Source of the DNA: Thraustochytrium aureum
Taxonomy: Eukaryota
DNA length: 45,895 bases
Assembly (NCBI GenBank): GCA_012862495.1
Contig: BLSG01000080.1
Coordinates: forward strand, 238,990-284,884
Direction of reading: 5' to 3'
Shown: in pieces, positions 45,884 through 45,895 of the stretch
How the letters are laid out: the number at the start of each line of letters is the position of its first letter
Numbering within the stretch: the stretch's first letter is position 1
Translations under genes and position numbers: made by a program
Notes under the pieces: model-generated
The model's database searches: none
What the model was told of the DNA's origin: nothing
The model's input: the letters and a program-made list of their open reading frames with translations, nothing else

Positions 45884-45895
45884 GGGCTGCGCACG

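Noticed and set aside
1..45895. tRNA, rRNA or snRNA genes
   Set aside because: No cloverleaf with A/B boxes and no conserved rRNA or snRNA motifs recognised by eye. A covariance-model scan would be needed to exclude them.

Overview
This is a GC-rich, gene-dense and nearly intron-free eukaryotic draft scaffold with 11 N-gaps and many single-base frameshifts, often in homopolymer runs, that look like sequencing errors. The gene set (CDPK, an outer-dynein-arm docking protein, an L-type lectin) suggests a flagellated stramenopile-like protist, possibly a thraustochytrid; this is inference. Genes in order: a CDPK split into two out-of-order pieces, an ODAD1/ODA-DC2-like coiled-coil protein, a small hypothetical ORF, an LRR protein, a hypothetical ORF, a ceramidase/CREST-like membrane protein, a large TRAF-zinc-finger plus Trf4/PAPD5-like nucleotidyltransferase locus, a multi-KH protein, COQ2, CCT7, an ABP34-like EF-hand protein, a phosphatidylserine decarboxylase, a GT-A glycosyltransferase, an L-type lectin, an HSL-family esterase, and two tandem secreted Cys-rich paralogues built from duplicated vWD-like modules with Pro/Thr/Ser linkers. 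The main points of interest are this mucin-like pair next to glyco-genes, the exact codon-level join between base 2089 and base 1 of the CDPK, the TRAF-ZnF/NTase architecture, and recurrent TAG/CTA-rich patches at gene boundaries. I recognised no rRNA, tRNA, CRISPR array or mobile element. All family assignments are from motif recognition by eye, not database searches.
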